Assembly (NCBI GenBank): GCA_050010635.1
Contig: JBEKKR010000006.1
Span: 35,321 to 99,320, forward strand
Direction: 5' to 3'
Length of the DNA stretch: 64,000 bases
From: Candidatus Limnocylindrales bacterium
GTDB lineage: Bacteria; Chloroflexota; Limnocylindria; Limnocylindrales; CSP1-4
How positions within the stretch are numbered: position 1 is the stretch's first letter; each line of letters opens with the position of its first letter. The position numbers were made by a program, and so were the translations under genes. The notes under the pieces are model-generated. The model ran no database searches. It was not told the DNA's origin and was given only the letters and a program-made list of their open reading frames with translations. Shown here in pieces: positions 1-9,404 of this stretch.

Positions 1-1980
1 TCCCATCGGTTCGGGCACGACCCGGAGTTTGCCCGCGGCGGCGGCGGCAACAGCTCGGTCAAGGCCGACGGGGTCCTGTACATCAAGCCCAGTGGGACGT
101 CGCTCTCGACGCTCACGCCCGAGTCGCTCATTGCCCTCGAAATCGCCCCATTGCTCGACCTCCTCGAACAGTCCCCGCGGCGGCCGGTAGCCGGCGGCAC
201 GGACGAGGTGTTCGAGGTCGCGGTCGCCGCGAGAGTGGGCCAGGCGGACGACAGGCGACCGTCGGTCGAATGCCTCTTCCACGCCCTCCTGCCCCAGCGC
301 TTCGTCCTGCATACGCATCCATGCACGGTGAACGCCCTGACCTGCGCGAGCCACGGAGCCGAGATCGCCGAACGCCTGTTCGGTGGGAGCGTGCTTTGGG
401 TGCCCTATACCGATCCCGGGCTGCCGCTCGCTCGCGCCATCCGTGACGCGAGGCGGAGTCACGAGCAGCGCACCCAAACGCCCGCACCGGGGACGATGCT
501 CCTCCAGAACCACGGTCTCATCGTCGCAGGCGACACGACGACCGAGATCGAGCAAGCCTGCGTTCGCCTGGCGGCCGACATCAAGGCGCATCTCGCCGGC
601 CTCCCGGCTGTGGACTGGGGTGACTTCGAGCAATTCGAGCCCAGCCGGGCTCGAACGGCGTTGCGAGTCGTGGGTCCAACTCTGCGGGCACTCCTCGCGA
701 CGGGCGAACGACTCAAGGTCGTGACGTTCGACGATTCGCCGCTCGCCGTCTCGGCCGCGGGATCGGCACTGGGCCGGGGTTTCGCGCTGGGCGGCCCTCT
801 GACCCCGGATCAGATCGTGTACACCGGCTCGTTCCCACTCGTCGTCGAACTGGCGGCGGCCGGCTCGGCCGACCAGATGGTCGACGTTCTGACGCGTGCC
901 ATAGCCGAGCGATGCGGATCCGGAGCCGGCGAACCGGTCGTGGTCATGGTGCCCGGGCTGGGGCTGTTCGCGGCGGGCGAAACCTATGCTCTCGCCGGCA
1001 CGGCCCGAGAGGTCTATCTCGACGCGATCGGCGTGTCCGTCGATGCTCATCGGCTGGGCGGCGTCCGCCCTCTCGCGGACAAGGAGCGGCAGTTCATCGA
1101 GCAGTGGGAGGCCGAGGCCTATCGCAAGCGGGTTGGGGCCGGCGCGCCGGTCTCCGGCCGAGCGCGAGGTCTCGTCGCAGTCGTGACCGGGGCCGCCCAG
1201 GGTTTCGGGCTCGCGATCGCCGCCGACCTGGTGGCCCAGGGCGGACATGTGGCTCTTGCCGATATCAATGCCGATCAGGCGGCGCGCGAGGCCCAGGCTT
1301 TGACATATACCGCCGGCCTCGGACGAGCCGTCGGCGTCGGGCTGGACGTGACCGACGATGCGTCGACCGAGGCCTGCTTCGACGAGGTCGTACGCCGCTA
1401 CGGCGGACTGGATCTGCTGGTTTCCAACGCCGGCATCCTTCGAGCCGGCAGCGTCACGACCCAGGGTATTGCCGAATTCGATGCCGTCACGCGCGTCAAC
1501 TACAGGGGCTACTTCCTGTGCGTCCGACATGCCGCACCTATCATGGCCCGCCAGCATGGAGCCCGGCCCGAATACTGGGGCGACATCGTCGAGATCAATT
1601 CGAAGTCCGGGCTCGAAGGCTCGAGCCGCAACTTCGCCTATGCGGGCAGCAAGTTTGGAGGCATCGGACTGACGCAGTCCTTCGCCCTGGAACTCGTCTC
1701 CGACGGCATCAAGGTGAACGCCATCTGTCCCGGCAACTTCCTCGAAGGACCCCTCTGGGCCGACCCGGACAACGGGCTCTTCGTTCAGTACCTTCGGGAA
1801 GGCAAGGTGGCCGGCGCGCAAACCCTCGACGACGTGCGCCGCTACTACGAGGCGAAGGTGCCCATGGGACGCGGATGCACCCCTGCGGACGTCCTCGAGG
1901 CTCTGTACTACCTGGTCGCCCAGCGGTACGAGACCGGTCAGGCCATCCCGGTCACCGGTGGCCAGGTAATGGTGCGCTAG
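1..1980 (+). CDS. rhaEW: bifunctional rhamnulose-1-phosphate aldolase / short-chain dehydrogenase (RhaEW/YuxG type), 5'-partial
   Basis: Frame 1 is open from base 1, ahead of the track Met at 151. It reads SHRFGHDPEFARGGGGNSSVKADGVLYIKPSGTSL, a class II aldolase N-terminal pattern. The C-terminal half has SDR signatures: VTGAAQGFG (Rossmann) and YAGSK (Y-x3-K). It lies in a rhamnose gene cluster. Confidence 0.8.
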   Translation, partial: SHRFGHDPEFARGGGGNSSVKADGVLYIKPSGTSLSTLTPESLIALEIAPLLDLLEQSPRRPVAGGTDEVFEVAVAARVGQADDRRPSVECLFHALLPQRFVLHTHPCTVNALTCASHGAEIAERLFGGSVLWVPYTDPGLPLARAIRDARRSHEQRTQTPAPGTMLLQNHGLIVAGDTTTEIEQACVRLAADIKAHLAGLPAVDWGDFEQFEPSRARTALRVVGPTLRALLATGERLKVVTFDDSPLAVSAAGSALGRGFALGGPLTPDQIVYTGSFPLVVELAAAGSADQMVDVLTRAIAERCGSGAGEPVVVMVPGLGLFAAGETYALAGTAREVYLDAIGVSVDAHRLGGVRPLADKERQFIEQWEAEAYRKRVGAGAPVSGRARGLVAVVTGAAQGFGLAIAADLVAQGGHVALADINADQAAREAQALTYTAGLGRAVGVGLDVTDDASTEACFDEVVRRYGGLDLLVSNAGILRAGSVTTQGIAEFDAVTRVNYRGYFLCVRHAAPIMARQHGARPEYWGDIVEINSKSGLEGSSRNFAYAGSKFGGIGLTQSFALELVSDGIKVNAICPGNFLEGPLWADPDNGLFVQYLREGKVAGAQTLDDVRRYYEAKVPMGRGCTPADVLEALYYLVAQRYETGQAIPVTGGQVMVR

Positions 1981-1993
1981 CGAGGACCAAGGC

Positions 1994-3709
1994 GTGAACC
2001 AGAAGGAGCCGGCTCAGCGGCCCCTGCCCGCAACCGAGCACGCGATGCAGATCGTTGATGTAGGTCGGATCGTGCACAACCGGAACAAAGCCGTGCCTCT
2101 TCCGGGCCCGCATCAGGTCGTCGTCCAAATGGAGGCGTGCGGGCTCTGCTTCTCCGACACGAAGCTCCTCCATGCGTTCAGCAGCCACCCCCGCAAGAGC
2201 GTCGTCCTCTCGGGCCTCGACGCGGGCGTGCTGGCGGAGATCCCGTCGTACGTTCCGGAGGGACTCCCCACGGTTCCCGGGCATGAGCCCGTTGGGCGCA
2301 TCGTCGCCGCCGGCGATCAGGTGCGCCGCCATCGCGTAGGCGAGCGCTGCCTGATCCAGACCGACTACAGGCAACTCACGACGGTCGCGGCGAACGCCGC
2401 TTTCGGATACAACTTCGAAGGCGGGCTGCAGCAGTACGTGGTGCTGGACGAGCGGGTGATCATCGAGCCCGGGACCAACGAGAGGTTCCTCATCCCCGTC
2501 GGCGAGGAACCGAGCGCGTCGGCCGTGGCTCTGGTCGAGCCCTGGGCGTGCGTCGAAGCTTCGTACGTGTACCGCGAACGTCGCCAGCCTCTCCCGGGCG
2601 GCCGCCTCCTCCTCGTCGCGGATGCCGCCCATCGAGTCAGCGGCATCGCGGCCCTGATCGAGCAGGCCGGGCCGGCCCGGGTCACCGCCGTCTTGGCCGA
2701 TACACCACAGCAGCAGGCCGTCACGGCGGCGTTCCCGGCCGTCGCGATGGCCACCGATATCGCCGCTCTGCCCAGGCAGTCTTATGACGACATCGTCTAC
2801 TTCGGGGCCGATGCGGGCAGGATCGAGGCGCTTCAGGATCTCCTGGCGTTCCAGGGCATCATCAACATCGTCACCGGTGGCGTCTCCATCGGTCGCCCGA
2901 TCGCCCTCGACATCGGCCGCGTGCACTACGACCTGACGCGCTGGATCGGGACATCGGGCCAATCCACCGGCGACGGGTACACGGCGATCCCGGCCGATGG
3001 TGAGCTCCGGGCCGGCGACCGCATGGCCGTCATCGGAGCCGCCGGTCCCATGGGCCTGATGCACGTCGTCCGGGCGGCCTCTGCCGGCTGGAAGGGTCTG
3101 TCCATCACCGCGCTCGACATCGACGAGGCACGCCTCGAGCACCTGGGCCGGGCGGCCGGGCAGATCGCCCGGTCACGCGGCGTAGGCCTCGAGATAGTCA
3201 ACTCAGCCAGCAGCAAGGTCGCGCCCGGCTTCAGCTACATCGCGCTGATGGTTCCGGCGCCGCCGCTCGTGGGCGAGGCGGTGGCGCTTGCCGGCCCCGG
3301 CGGCCGTATCAACATCTTCGCCGGCTTCGCCAGCGGCACTCGCGCGCGGGTCGATCTCGATAGCTATCTCGAGCGCCACTGCTACCTCCTGGGCACCAGC
3401 GGCTCAGGTATCCCCGACATGAAGGCGGTCCTCCATAAGCTGGAAAGCGGCGAGCTCGACACGAACATCTCGCTCGATGCAGTGGCCGGCTTCGAAGGAG
3501 TCGCCGACGCTCTCGCAGCGATCGAGGGTCGCACGGCGGCGGGCAAGATAATGGTCTATCCCTCTCTGCCCGAGCTCGGGCTGGTGCGTCTCGCGGAACT
3601 CGGTGCGCGATTCCCCAGCGTTGCCGCCGCCCTCGACGACGGTCGCTGGACGAAGGAGGCCGAACAGGAGCTCTTGCGGGTGGCCGGCGGATCCGAGGCG
3701 CCGGCGTGA
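1994..3709 (+). CDS. atypically long (571 aa) medium-chain dehydrogenase/reductase (zinc-ADH superfamily)
   Basis: The GroES-like N-terminal domain carries CGLCFSDTKLL and GHEPVGRIV. The only glycine-rich dinucleotide motif (VIGAAGPMG) is in the C-terminal half, after about 200 extra residues without such a motif. The start is either GTG 1994 or ATG 2045 (MQIVDVG). Confidence 0.7.
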   Translation: MNQKEPAQRPLPATEHAMQIVDVGRIVHNRNKAVPLPGPHQVVVQMEACGLCFSDTKLLHAFSSHPRKSVVLSGLDAGVLAEIPSYVPEGLPTVPGHEPVGRIVAAGDQVRRHRVGERCLIQTDYRQLTTVAANAAFGYNFEGGLQQYVVLDERVIIEPGTNERFLIPVGEEPSASAVALVEPWACVEASYVYRERRQPLPGGRLLLVADAAHRVSGIAALIEQAGPARVTAVLADTPQQQAVTAAFPAVAMATDIAALPRQSYDDIVYFGADAGRIEALQDLLAFQGIINIVTGGVSIGRPIALDIGRVHYDLTRWIGTSGQSTGDGYTAIPADGELRAGDRMAVIGAAGPMGLMHVVRAASAGWKGLSITALDIDEARLEHLGRAAGQIARSRGVGLEIVNSASSKVAPGFSYIALMVPAPPLVGEAVALAGPGGRINIFAGFASGTRARVDLDSYLERHCYLLGTSGSGIPDMKAVLHKLESGELDTNISLDAVAGFEGVADALAAIEGRTAAGKIMVYPSLPELGLVRLAELGARFPSVAAALDDGRWTKEAEQELLRVAGGSEAPA

Positions 3710-4713
3710 AGTCACTTCGGCTCTACGGCCCCGGCGACATCCGCCTGGTGGACGAGGCTCAACCCGCTCCCGGACCCGGCGACGAGCTCGTTCGCGTAAC
3801 GGCGGTAGGTATCTGTGGTTCCGATCTCCACTGGTATGCCGAGTCGGGGATAGGGGACGCCACGCTGTCGCGGCCGATCGTCCTGGGTCACGAGGCTGCG
3901 GGCGTCATCGAGTCGGGGCCCGGGCGCGGCCGGCGGGTTGCGATCGACCCGGCCATTCCGTGCGAGGCGTGCGAGCAATGCCACGCCGGGCACGCGCATT
4001 TCTGTCGAGCCCTTCGCTTCGCCGGCGATGGCACAACAGACGGCCTGCTGCGCGAATTCGCGGCCTGGCCTGGACGGAGCCTCGTTCCCGTCCCCGATAG
4101 CTTGAGCGACACGGATGCGGCCATGCTCGAGCCGCTCGGGGTCGCCCTCCATGCCGTCCGGCTGGGACAGATTCGGCCGGGCGCGCGTGTCGGCGTTTTC
4201 GGCTGCGGGCCGATCGGGCTGTTCCTGATCCGGCTCGCCCGTGTGTCCGGCGCCACCACGATCCTCGCCACGGACGTGCTATCTCATCGGGTCGCGGCCG
4301 CGCGCGAGGCCGGGGCGACGACCGCGGCCATCGTCGCCGGGGGCTCGGAACGCGGCGAGCTGCTGGCGGCTACGGGCGGGCACGGCGTCGACGTGGCCTT
4401 CGAAGCCGCCGGCGATGACGACGCAGTCGAGACTTCGATAGCGCTTGCCGCTCCGGGCGGCGACGTGGTCGTCGTCGGGATCCCGGCCGTGGATCGGATG
4501 GCCTTCACCGCCTCCACGGCCCGCCGGAAAGGCCTCACGATCAAGCTCTCGCGCCGCATGAACCGCGTCTACCCGGAAGCCATCCGGCTCGTCGAGTCGA
4601 GGCTGGTGGACGTTGGCTCGGTCGTGACGGCGAGCCACCCGCTGAGCGAATTCAAGGCGGCCTTCGACGCTGCTTCGGCCCGAGAGGGGCTCAAGGTCGT
4701 CGTACGGCCCTGA
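3706..4713 (+). CDS. zinc-dependent alcohol/polyol dehydrogenase (MDR family)
   Basis: Motifs seen: GICGSDLHWY, GHEAAGVI, the structural-zinc cluster CEACEQCHAGHAHFC and the dinucleotide fold VFGCGPIGL. The GTG start overlaps the upstream stop (GTGA). Confidence 0.8.
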   Translation: MKSLRLYGPGDIRLVDEAQPAPGPGDELVRVTAVGICGSDLHWYAESGIGDATLSRPIVLGHEAAGVIESGPGRGRRVAIDPAIPCEACEQCHAGHAHFCRALRFAGDGTTDGLLREFAAWPGRSLVPVPDSLSDTDAAMLEPLGVALHAVRLGQIRPGARVGVFGCGPIGLFLIRLARVSGATTILATDVLSHRVAAAREAGATTAAIVAGGSERGELLAATGGHGVDVAFEAAGDDDAVETSIALAAPGGDVVVVGIPAVDRMAFTASTARRKGLTIKLSRRMNRVYPEAIRLVESRLVDVGSVVTASHPLSEFKAAFDAASAREGLKVVVRP

Positions 4714-4752
4714 CCCGCAGCGGGCTTCGCGGCCCGCGGACAAGGTCGCGGG

Positions 4753-5577
4753 TTACACCAGGGTGGTATTCACGTCGAAAGCGGAGACGACGGCCCGCAG
4801 CTCATCGAGCGTCAGGCCTTCCGCCCGCCCGCCGATCACCAGGTCCATGTACTCGTAGTTGGCCGCCGCTTCGGCGTACTCGATTCGATCGACGGCCCTT
4901 TTCACGGAGATGTCGGAACGTGCCATCACACCGTGCTTTGCCCACACGGTGATGCGGTGCGCGCGCAGGCTCATGACATTCGCCTGCATGAGCTGAGCGG
5001 AGCCGGGCAGCATGAACGGCAGGACCCCGATCCCGGCCGGCAGGTTGATGATCGTCTCCGGTTCCCACCGCAGGAGGCGCCGGTTCAGGTAGGCCTCGTC
5101 CCGGTAGTCGGGGATGTGGCTCAGGTAGGTCAGGTGCCGTGGCTGGGCGTGGACGACGGCGTGGAAGTTGGTGCCGGTGCGTTCGACCGTGTCGTCGTGG
5201 ACCGCGAGGTGCGAGTTCCACTCCGACGTAAGGCGATCGAAGAGCCGGTTGTGGGCCGTATGGAGGGTGCCCGTGGTGCCGTCCGGCGAGATGCGGACGA
5301 CGCCGAGATTGGCGGTGGGGTCGACCTCGATTTCACGGAGCCGGCGCCCGGACCCCGTCACGATGACGAAGTTGTTGGCAAGATGGGGTGCCGGCTGAGG
5401 AAGCTCGATTTCCTCGGCGATCGGGAATCGTCGACGAACCTCAATCGGCCAGCCGACATACACGGAGATGTTGCCGGCGGCCCCTTCGCTGGCTTCGATG
5501 GCGGCCACGTGGCTGCCGCCCGCTCCGATGGAAACGAGGATTTCCTCCAGGTCGGGGAAAGGTTCCGTTAGTGCCAT
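4753..5577 (-). CDS. rhaD: rhamnulose-1-phosphate aldolase (class II aldolase)
   Basis: It is collinear with E. coli RhaD as I recall it: VIVTGSGRRL, DPTANLGVV, HAVVHAQP, GIGVLPFMLPGS, WAKHGV. I trimmed the start from the track's 5631 to ATG 5577 (MALTEPF). Confidence 0.8.
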   Translation of the reverse strand: MALTEPFPDLEEILVSIGAGGSHVAAIEASEGAAGNISVYVGWPIEVRRRFPIAEEIELPQPAPHLANNFVIVTGSGRRLREIEVDPTANLGVVRISPDGTTGTLHTAHNRLFDRLTSEWNSHLAVHDDTVERTGTNFHAVVHAQPRHLTYLSHIPDYRDEAYLNRRLLRWEPETIINLPAGIGVLPFMLPGSAQLMQANVMSLRAHRITVWAKHGVMARSDISVKRAVDRIEYAEAAANYEYMDLVIGGRAEGLTLDELRAVVSAFDVNTTLV

Positions 5578-5697
5578 GTCGCCGAAGACCTCCTGCTGTG
5601 GACGCTGCCTGCCTCGGGCAGCCCACGGCACCTGAATCGTAATCCTCTTCCGGCTCGCAACCCTGTTTGCCCGGCCTCCCCCCGGCTACCGCCGGGC

Positions 5698-6012
5698 TCA
5701 GTCGAGGTGGAATACCTCGTCAAGGCGGCGGTGGAAGCCGGTCGCCGGATCGATGGAAGGGTCGATGAGAGCTGTCATGTCCGCCTGCCAGCGGGCGTTG
5801 ACCGGAGCCCCGTCCATCATGGACCGGAAGCGTGCGAAGTCGTCGACCTCGAGCACGCCGAACAGATCGTCGCCATGCAGGTAGATGGAGTAGTTGTGAG
5901 CTCCCGCTGCCCGAAGCGCGTCGAGCATCTCCGGCCATACCGCGGCGTGACGCCGCCGGTACTCGGCCTCTGCCCCGGGCAGAAGCTTCATCGCAAACGC
6001 AACACGTTCCAT
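5698..6012 (-). CDS. rhaM: L-rhamnose mutarotase
   Basis: 104 aa. MERVAFAMKLLPGAEAEYRRRHAAVWPEMLDALRAAGAHNYSIY matches the RhaM/YiiL family pattern. It lies between the transporter genes and rhaD. Confidence 0.85.
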   Translation of the reverse strand: MERVAFAMKLLPGAEAEYRRRHAAVWPEMLDALRAAGAHNYSIYLHGDDLFGVLEVDDFARFRSMMDGAPVNARWQADMTALIDPSIDPATGFHRRLDEVFHLD

Positions 6013-6091
6013 GGAGCCCCTTTGGAAATGCCGACCCCGGCGCGGGGAGATTCCGGGCCGGGGTCGGCTTGAATACGACCGGATGTCCTGG

Positions 6092-7150
6092 CTAGAAGCC
6101 GAAGGACGTCACGTACTGGTCGATGTTCTGGGCGTTGAAGACGAACGGAGGTCCAAGAACGACGATGCTGTCGGCACCGATCGTGTAATTCACGGTGCCG
6201 TCCGCAAACTTGACGGTGAACGTGTCGCCCACGTTGCCCTTGATCGTCCCGTTGAGGAGGTCAACGGCCACGGCGTACGCGAGGTAGCCGAGGTCGGTGA
6301 CGTTCCAGAGGGCGAATTCGGGGGCCTGTCCGCCCTTGACGAAGTCGACCATGCCCTTGGGCGTGCCGAGGCCGGTGACGAAGACCTGGCCGGTCTTGTT
6401 CTGGGCCTTGACCACCTGTGCCGCGGCAACGATCCCGACGGTCGTCGGGGCGACGATGACCTTGAGGTTCGGGTGAGCCGTGAGCAGCGCCTGGGCCTGC
6501 GTCGTGCTGACCGCGGGGTCGTCGTTACCGTAGACGACGCCGTCGAAGACGAGCTTCGAGTACTTGGCGTCCTTGAGGGTGGTCTTCATGGCGTCGATCC
6601 AGGCGTTCTGGTTCGTCGCGGTCTGGGCGGCCGAGAGTACGGCGATCTCGCCGGTGCAGCTCGGGGCTTCGTCGCAGGCCATGTCCGCGAGGCCCTTGCC
6701 GATACCGGCGGTGTCGGCCTGGTTCACGAACACGTTGTAAGCGCCCTTCGCCGGGCTGGAGTCGTAGCCGACGACCTTGATGCCGGCAGCCATGGCCGCC
6801 TGCAGGGCCGGGGCGATGGCGGTCGCGTCGTCAGCGGAGACGAGGATCGCCGATGCCTTCTGTGTGGTTGCGGTCTGGATGAACGGGATCTGCTGAGTCG
6901 CGTCTGCGGCGCTGGGGCCGACCTGGCTGACGGCGCCGCCGAGATCGGTAGCAGCCTGCTGGGCGCCCTTGAAGGCGACATCGAAGTACGGGTTGTTGAC
7001 CTGCTTCGGGATCATGACGACCGTGATCGGAGCGGCCGTGGGGGCCGGCGTTACGGGGGCTGCGGTAGGCGTCGCCGCCGTCGAACTACAACCTGCTACG
7101 AAGAGTGCGAGCGCCACGGCTGCGACGGCTCGCGGAACACGATGGGACAT
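6092..7150 (-). CDS. sugar (probably rhamnose) ABC transporter substrate-binding lipoprotein
   Basis: It has a signal peptide plus lipobox (ALALFVAGCSS) and a type-1 periplasmic-binding-protein-like body. An AAGGAGG Shine-Dalgarno precedes ATG 7150. The track's 7207 start adds 19 unlikely residues. Confidence 0.8.
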   Translation of the reverse strand: MSHRVPRAVAAVALALFVAGCSSTAATPTAAPVTPAPTAAPITVVMIPKQVNNPYFDVAFKGAQQAATDLGGAVSQVGPSAADATQQIPFIQTATTQKASAILVSADDATAIAPALQAAMAAGIKVVGYDSSPAKGAYNVFVNQADTAGIGKGLADMACDEAPSCTGEIAVLSAAQTATNQNAWIDAMKTTLKDAKYSKLVFDGVVYGNDDPAVSTTQAQALLTAHPNLKVIVAPTTVGIVAAAQVVKAQNKTGQVFVTGLGTPKGMVDFVKGGQAPEFALWNVTDLGYLAYAVAVDLLNGTIKGNVGDTFTVKFADGTVNYTIGADSIVVLGPPFVFNAQNIDQYVTSFGF

Positions 7151-7239
7151 TGACCGAATCCTCCTTCGAGCATTGAGGAGCACTGAGGGGCTCCTTCTTA
7201 CAACCACTTGGAATGTCGAGCAACTCCTCCCTTCGAGCG

Positions 7240-8382
7240 TTATCGAACGGCCTCGCCAGGCGCCGGGCCCTGAGCTTGTCGCGGTCGACCTATACGCAGG
7301 CGATCGACCAGAGCCCGAGACTGACGAGCAAGTTGGGGGGCGATGACCGAGACGATCAGAAGCAGGCCGATGGCCACGTTCTGGTACTCGCTCGAGACAC
7401 CGGCCAGACGCAGCGCGCTCTGAAGCGCGGCGAGAGTGAATACGGCCACGATGACGCCGGGGATTGTTCCCTTGCCACCGTTGATGTCCACGCCGCCGAG
7501 CACCGCGATCATGACGACCGTCAACACCAGCCCGCTACCGTTGTCGGCCCGGACGCTGTTGTAGCGCAACGCGAGCACGACGCCCGCAAATGCCGCCACC
7601 ATGCCCGAGACGGCGAATAGAGCGGTCTTGAGGGTCGCGACGCGAACGCCCGAATAGCGAGCCGCGTCCTTGTTCTTGCCGATGGCGAACACCTGGCGTC
7701 CGATCCACGTGAGGTGGATGACGGCGGTGAAGACCACGGCCAGGATCAGGAACGCGAGTAGCGTCCAGGGAACCTGCGTGCCCGGCACGTAGCCGAAGCC
7801 GAAGGCGGTGAATTCGGTAGGGAAGTTCGTCACGTAGCTCGTGCCCAGCACGGCGTTGGCCAGCCCGCGGTACAGAGCCAGGGTCCCAAGGGTCACCACG
7901 AGTGCCGGCAGGCCCCAGCGGGTGACCAGCAGGCCGTTGAAGAGGCCTCCCAGCAGGCCGACAACGAGGACGATGGGGATGCCCAGCTGAAGCGGGACGC
8001 CCGCCGCCCAAAGGACCCCAAGGATGGCACCCGACAGGCCGACCATCGATTCGACCGAGAGATCGATGTCACCGCAGATGATGATCGGGGTCATGGCCAG
8101 GGCCATCATCGCGACCTCCATCGTGCCGCTGATCGAAGCCCCGAAGTTGGCCGAGTTCCAGAAGTCGGGCTGGATGAAGAACGGAGAGATCTGCGAGCCC
8201 CACCAAACGATGACGGCGAGGATGAGGACCAGGAGCACTTCCCAGCGGGCGAGCGAGCTCAGGATGCTGCCAGCGCCAGCCAAGCGGCTGCCCGGGCGGC
8301 GGCCGGCAGAAACCGGAGCCGGCGTCGTGGGGACCGATGTGGCTTCCGAAGGTTGGCTCACGGCTCGTGGATCCTGTGTCAT
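7240..8382 (-). CDS. sugar ABC transporter permease (RbsC/AraH-type)
   Basis: The polytopic body begins at MTQDPRAV. ATG 8380-8382 overlaps the upstream stop (ATGA). The track ORF up to 9078 adds 232 Arg-rich codons that overlap the upstream permease in another frame. Confidence 0.85.
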   Translation of the reverse strand: MTQDPRAVSQPSEATSVPTTPAPVSAGRRPGSRLAGAGSILSSLARWEVLLVLILAVIVWWGSQISPFFIQPDFWNSANFGASISGTMEVAMMALAMTPIIICGDIDLSVESMVGLSGAILGVLWAAGVPLQLGIPIVLVVGLLGGLFNGLLVTRWGLPALVVTLGTLALYRGLANAVLGTSYVTNFPTEFTAFGFGYVPGTQVPWTLLAFLILAVVFTAVIHLTWIGRQVFAIGKNKDAARYSGVRVATLKTALFAVSGMVAAFAGVVLALRYNSVRADNGSGLVLTVVMIAVLGGVDINGGKGTIPGVIVAVFTLAALQSALRLAGVSSEYQNVAIGLLLIVSVIAPQLARQSRALVDRLRIGRPRQAQGPAPGEAVR

Positions 8383-9404
8383 CGGATTCGACTCCGGGCT
8401 TTGGCACGCTGCGTCCGCAACTGGATGAGCGCGTCGGTGGATACGGCGAAGAGGATCACGGCGCCGTAGATGAGCTGGAGCCACTCCTGCGGAGCGCCAA
8501 GGAGGATGAGGGCGTTGTTGATCAGGCCCAGGAAGAGCGCTCCGAGGGCGGCCCCGATCACGGTCCCCGAGCCACCTGAGATCGAAACCCCGCCGACCAC
8601 GACCCCGGCAATGACTGCGAGCGATTGGCCGGATGCGGAGTTGGCGTAGATGGCGCCGTAGTTGATGCCCCACAGGACGCCCGCGATGCCGGCCATCATG
8701 CCGCTCAGGGCGAAGGCCAGGAAGATCGTCGCACGTGAGCGAACGCCGATGGTCGAGGCGGCCTCGGCATTGCTGCCGACGGCGTAGAACAGGCGACCAA
8801 GAATGGAGTACCTGAGAACCACCGCCATGACGGCTACGACGGCGACGGCCAGGATCACGAACACCGGGATGCCGAAGAAGCTCTGGCTCGCGGGATTCGT
8901 GTAGCCATCGGGCAGGTCGTTGAGGTTGATCTCCTTGCCGTTCGCAACCACGAAGCACAGACCGCGGAAGATGCTGATCGTGCCGAGAGTGGCAACGATC
9001 GAGGGCACCTTGAAGACGGCCACGATGACGCCGTTGCACATGCCGAGCGCGAGGCCGAGCCCGATGCCGCAGACCCACGCCAGCTGAACGGGGAGTGCGT
9101 GCTCCTTGAGGATCAGGCCCACGGTGAAGGCGACCACGCCGATCGTCGATTCGACGGACAGGTCGATGTTCTTGGTCAGGATGACGACGGCCTCGCCGAC
9201 GGCCGCTATGGCGATGATCGCCGCCAGCGTCGTAACCGGCCCGAGGTTGTCGGTCGTGAGGAAGTTCGGGGCGAAGACGGCGACGATGGCCGACAGCACG
9301 ACGATGACCCCGGCGAGGGTCAATTCGCGGGATCGCGCCAGCCCGCCGATCAAGGCTCCGACGCGGTTGCGCTGGCTGTTCGCCACCGCGACGTTACTCG
9401 CCAC
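8379..9404 (-). CDS. sugar ABC transporter permease (RbsC/AraH-type)
   Basis: 341 aa polytopic membrane protein. It is a paralogue of the downstream permease and overlaps the ATPase gene by 11 nt. Confidence 0.85.
   Translation of the reverse strand: MASNVAVANSQRNRVGALIGGLARSRELTLAGVIVVLSAIVAVFAPNFLTTDNLGPVTTLAAIIAIAAVGEAVVILTKNIDLSVESTIGVVAFTVGLILKEHALPVQLAWVCGIGLGLALGMCNGVIVAVFKVPSIVATLGTISIFRGLCFVVANGKEINLNDLPDGYTNPASQSFFGIPVFVILAVAVVAVMAVVLRYSILGRLFYAVGSNAEAASTIGVRSRATIFLAFALSGMMAGIAGVLWGINYGAIYANSASGQSLAVIAGVVVGGVSISGGSGTVIGAALGALFLGLINNALILLGAPQEWLQLIYGAVILFAVSTDALIQLRTQRAKARSRIR

Noticed and set aside
8383-9078. N-terminal 232 codons of the track ORF 7240-9078
   Set aside because: They overlap the upstream permease gene in another frame and are Arg-rich nonsense. 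A clean ATGA junction at 8379-8382 gives the real permease start.
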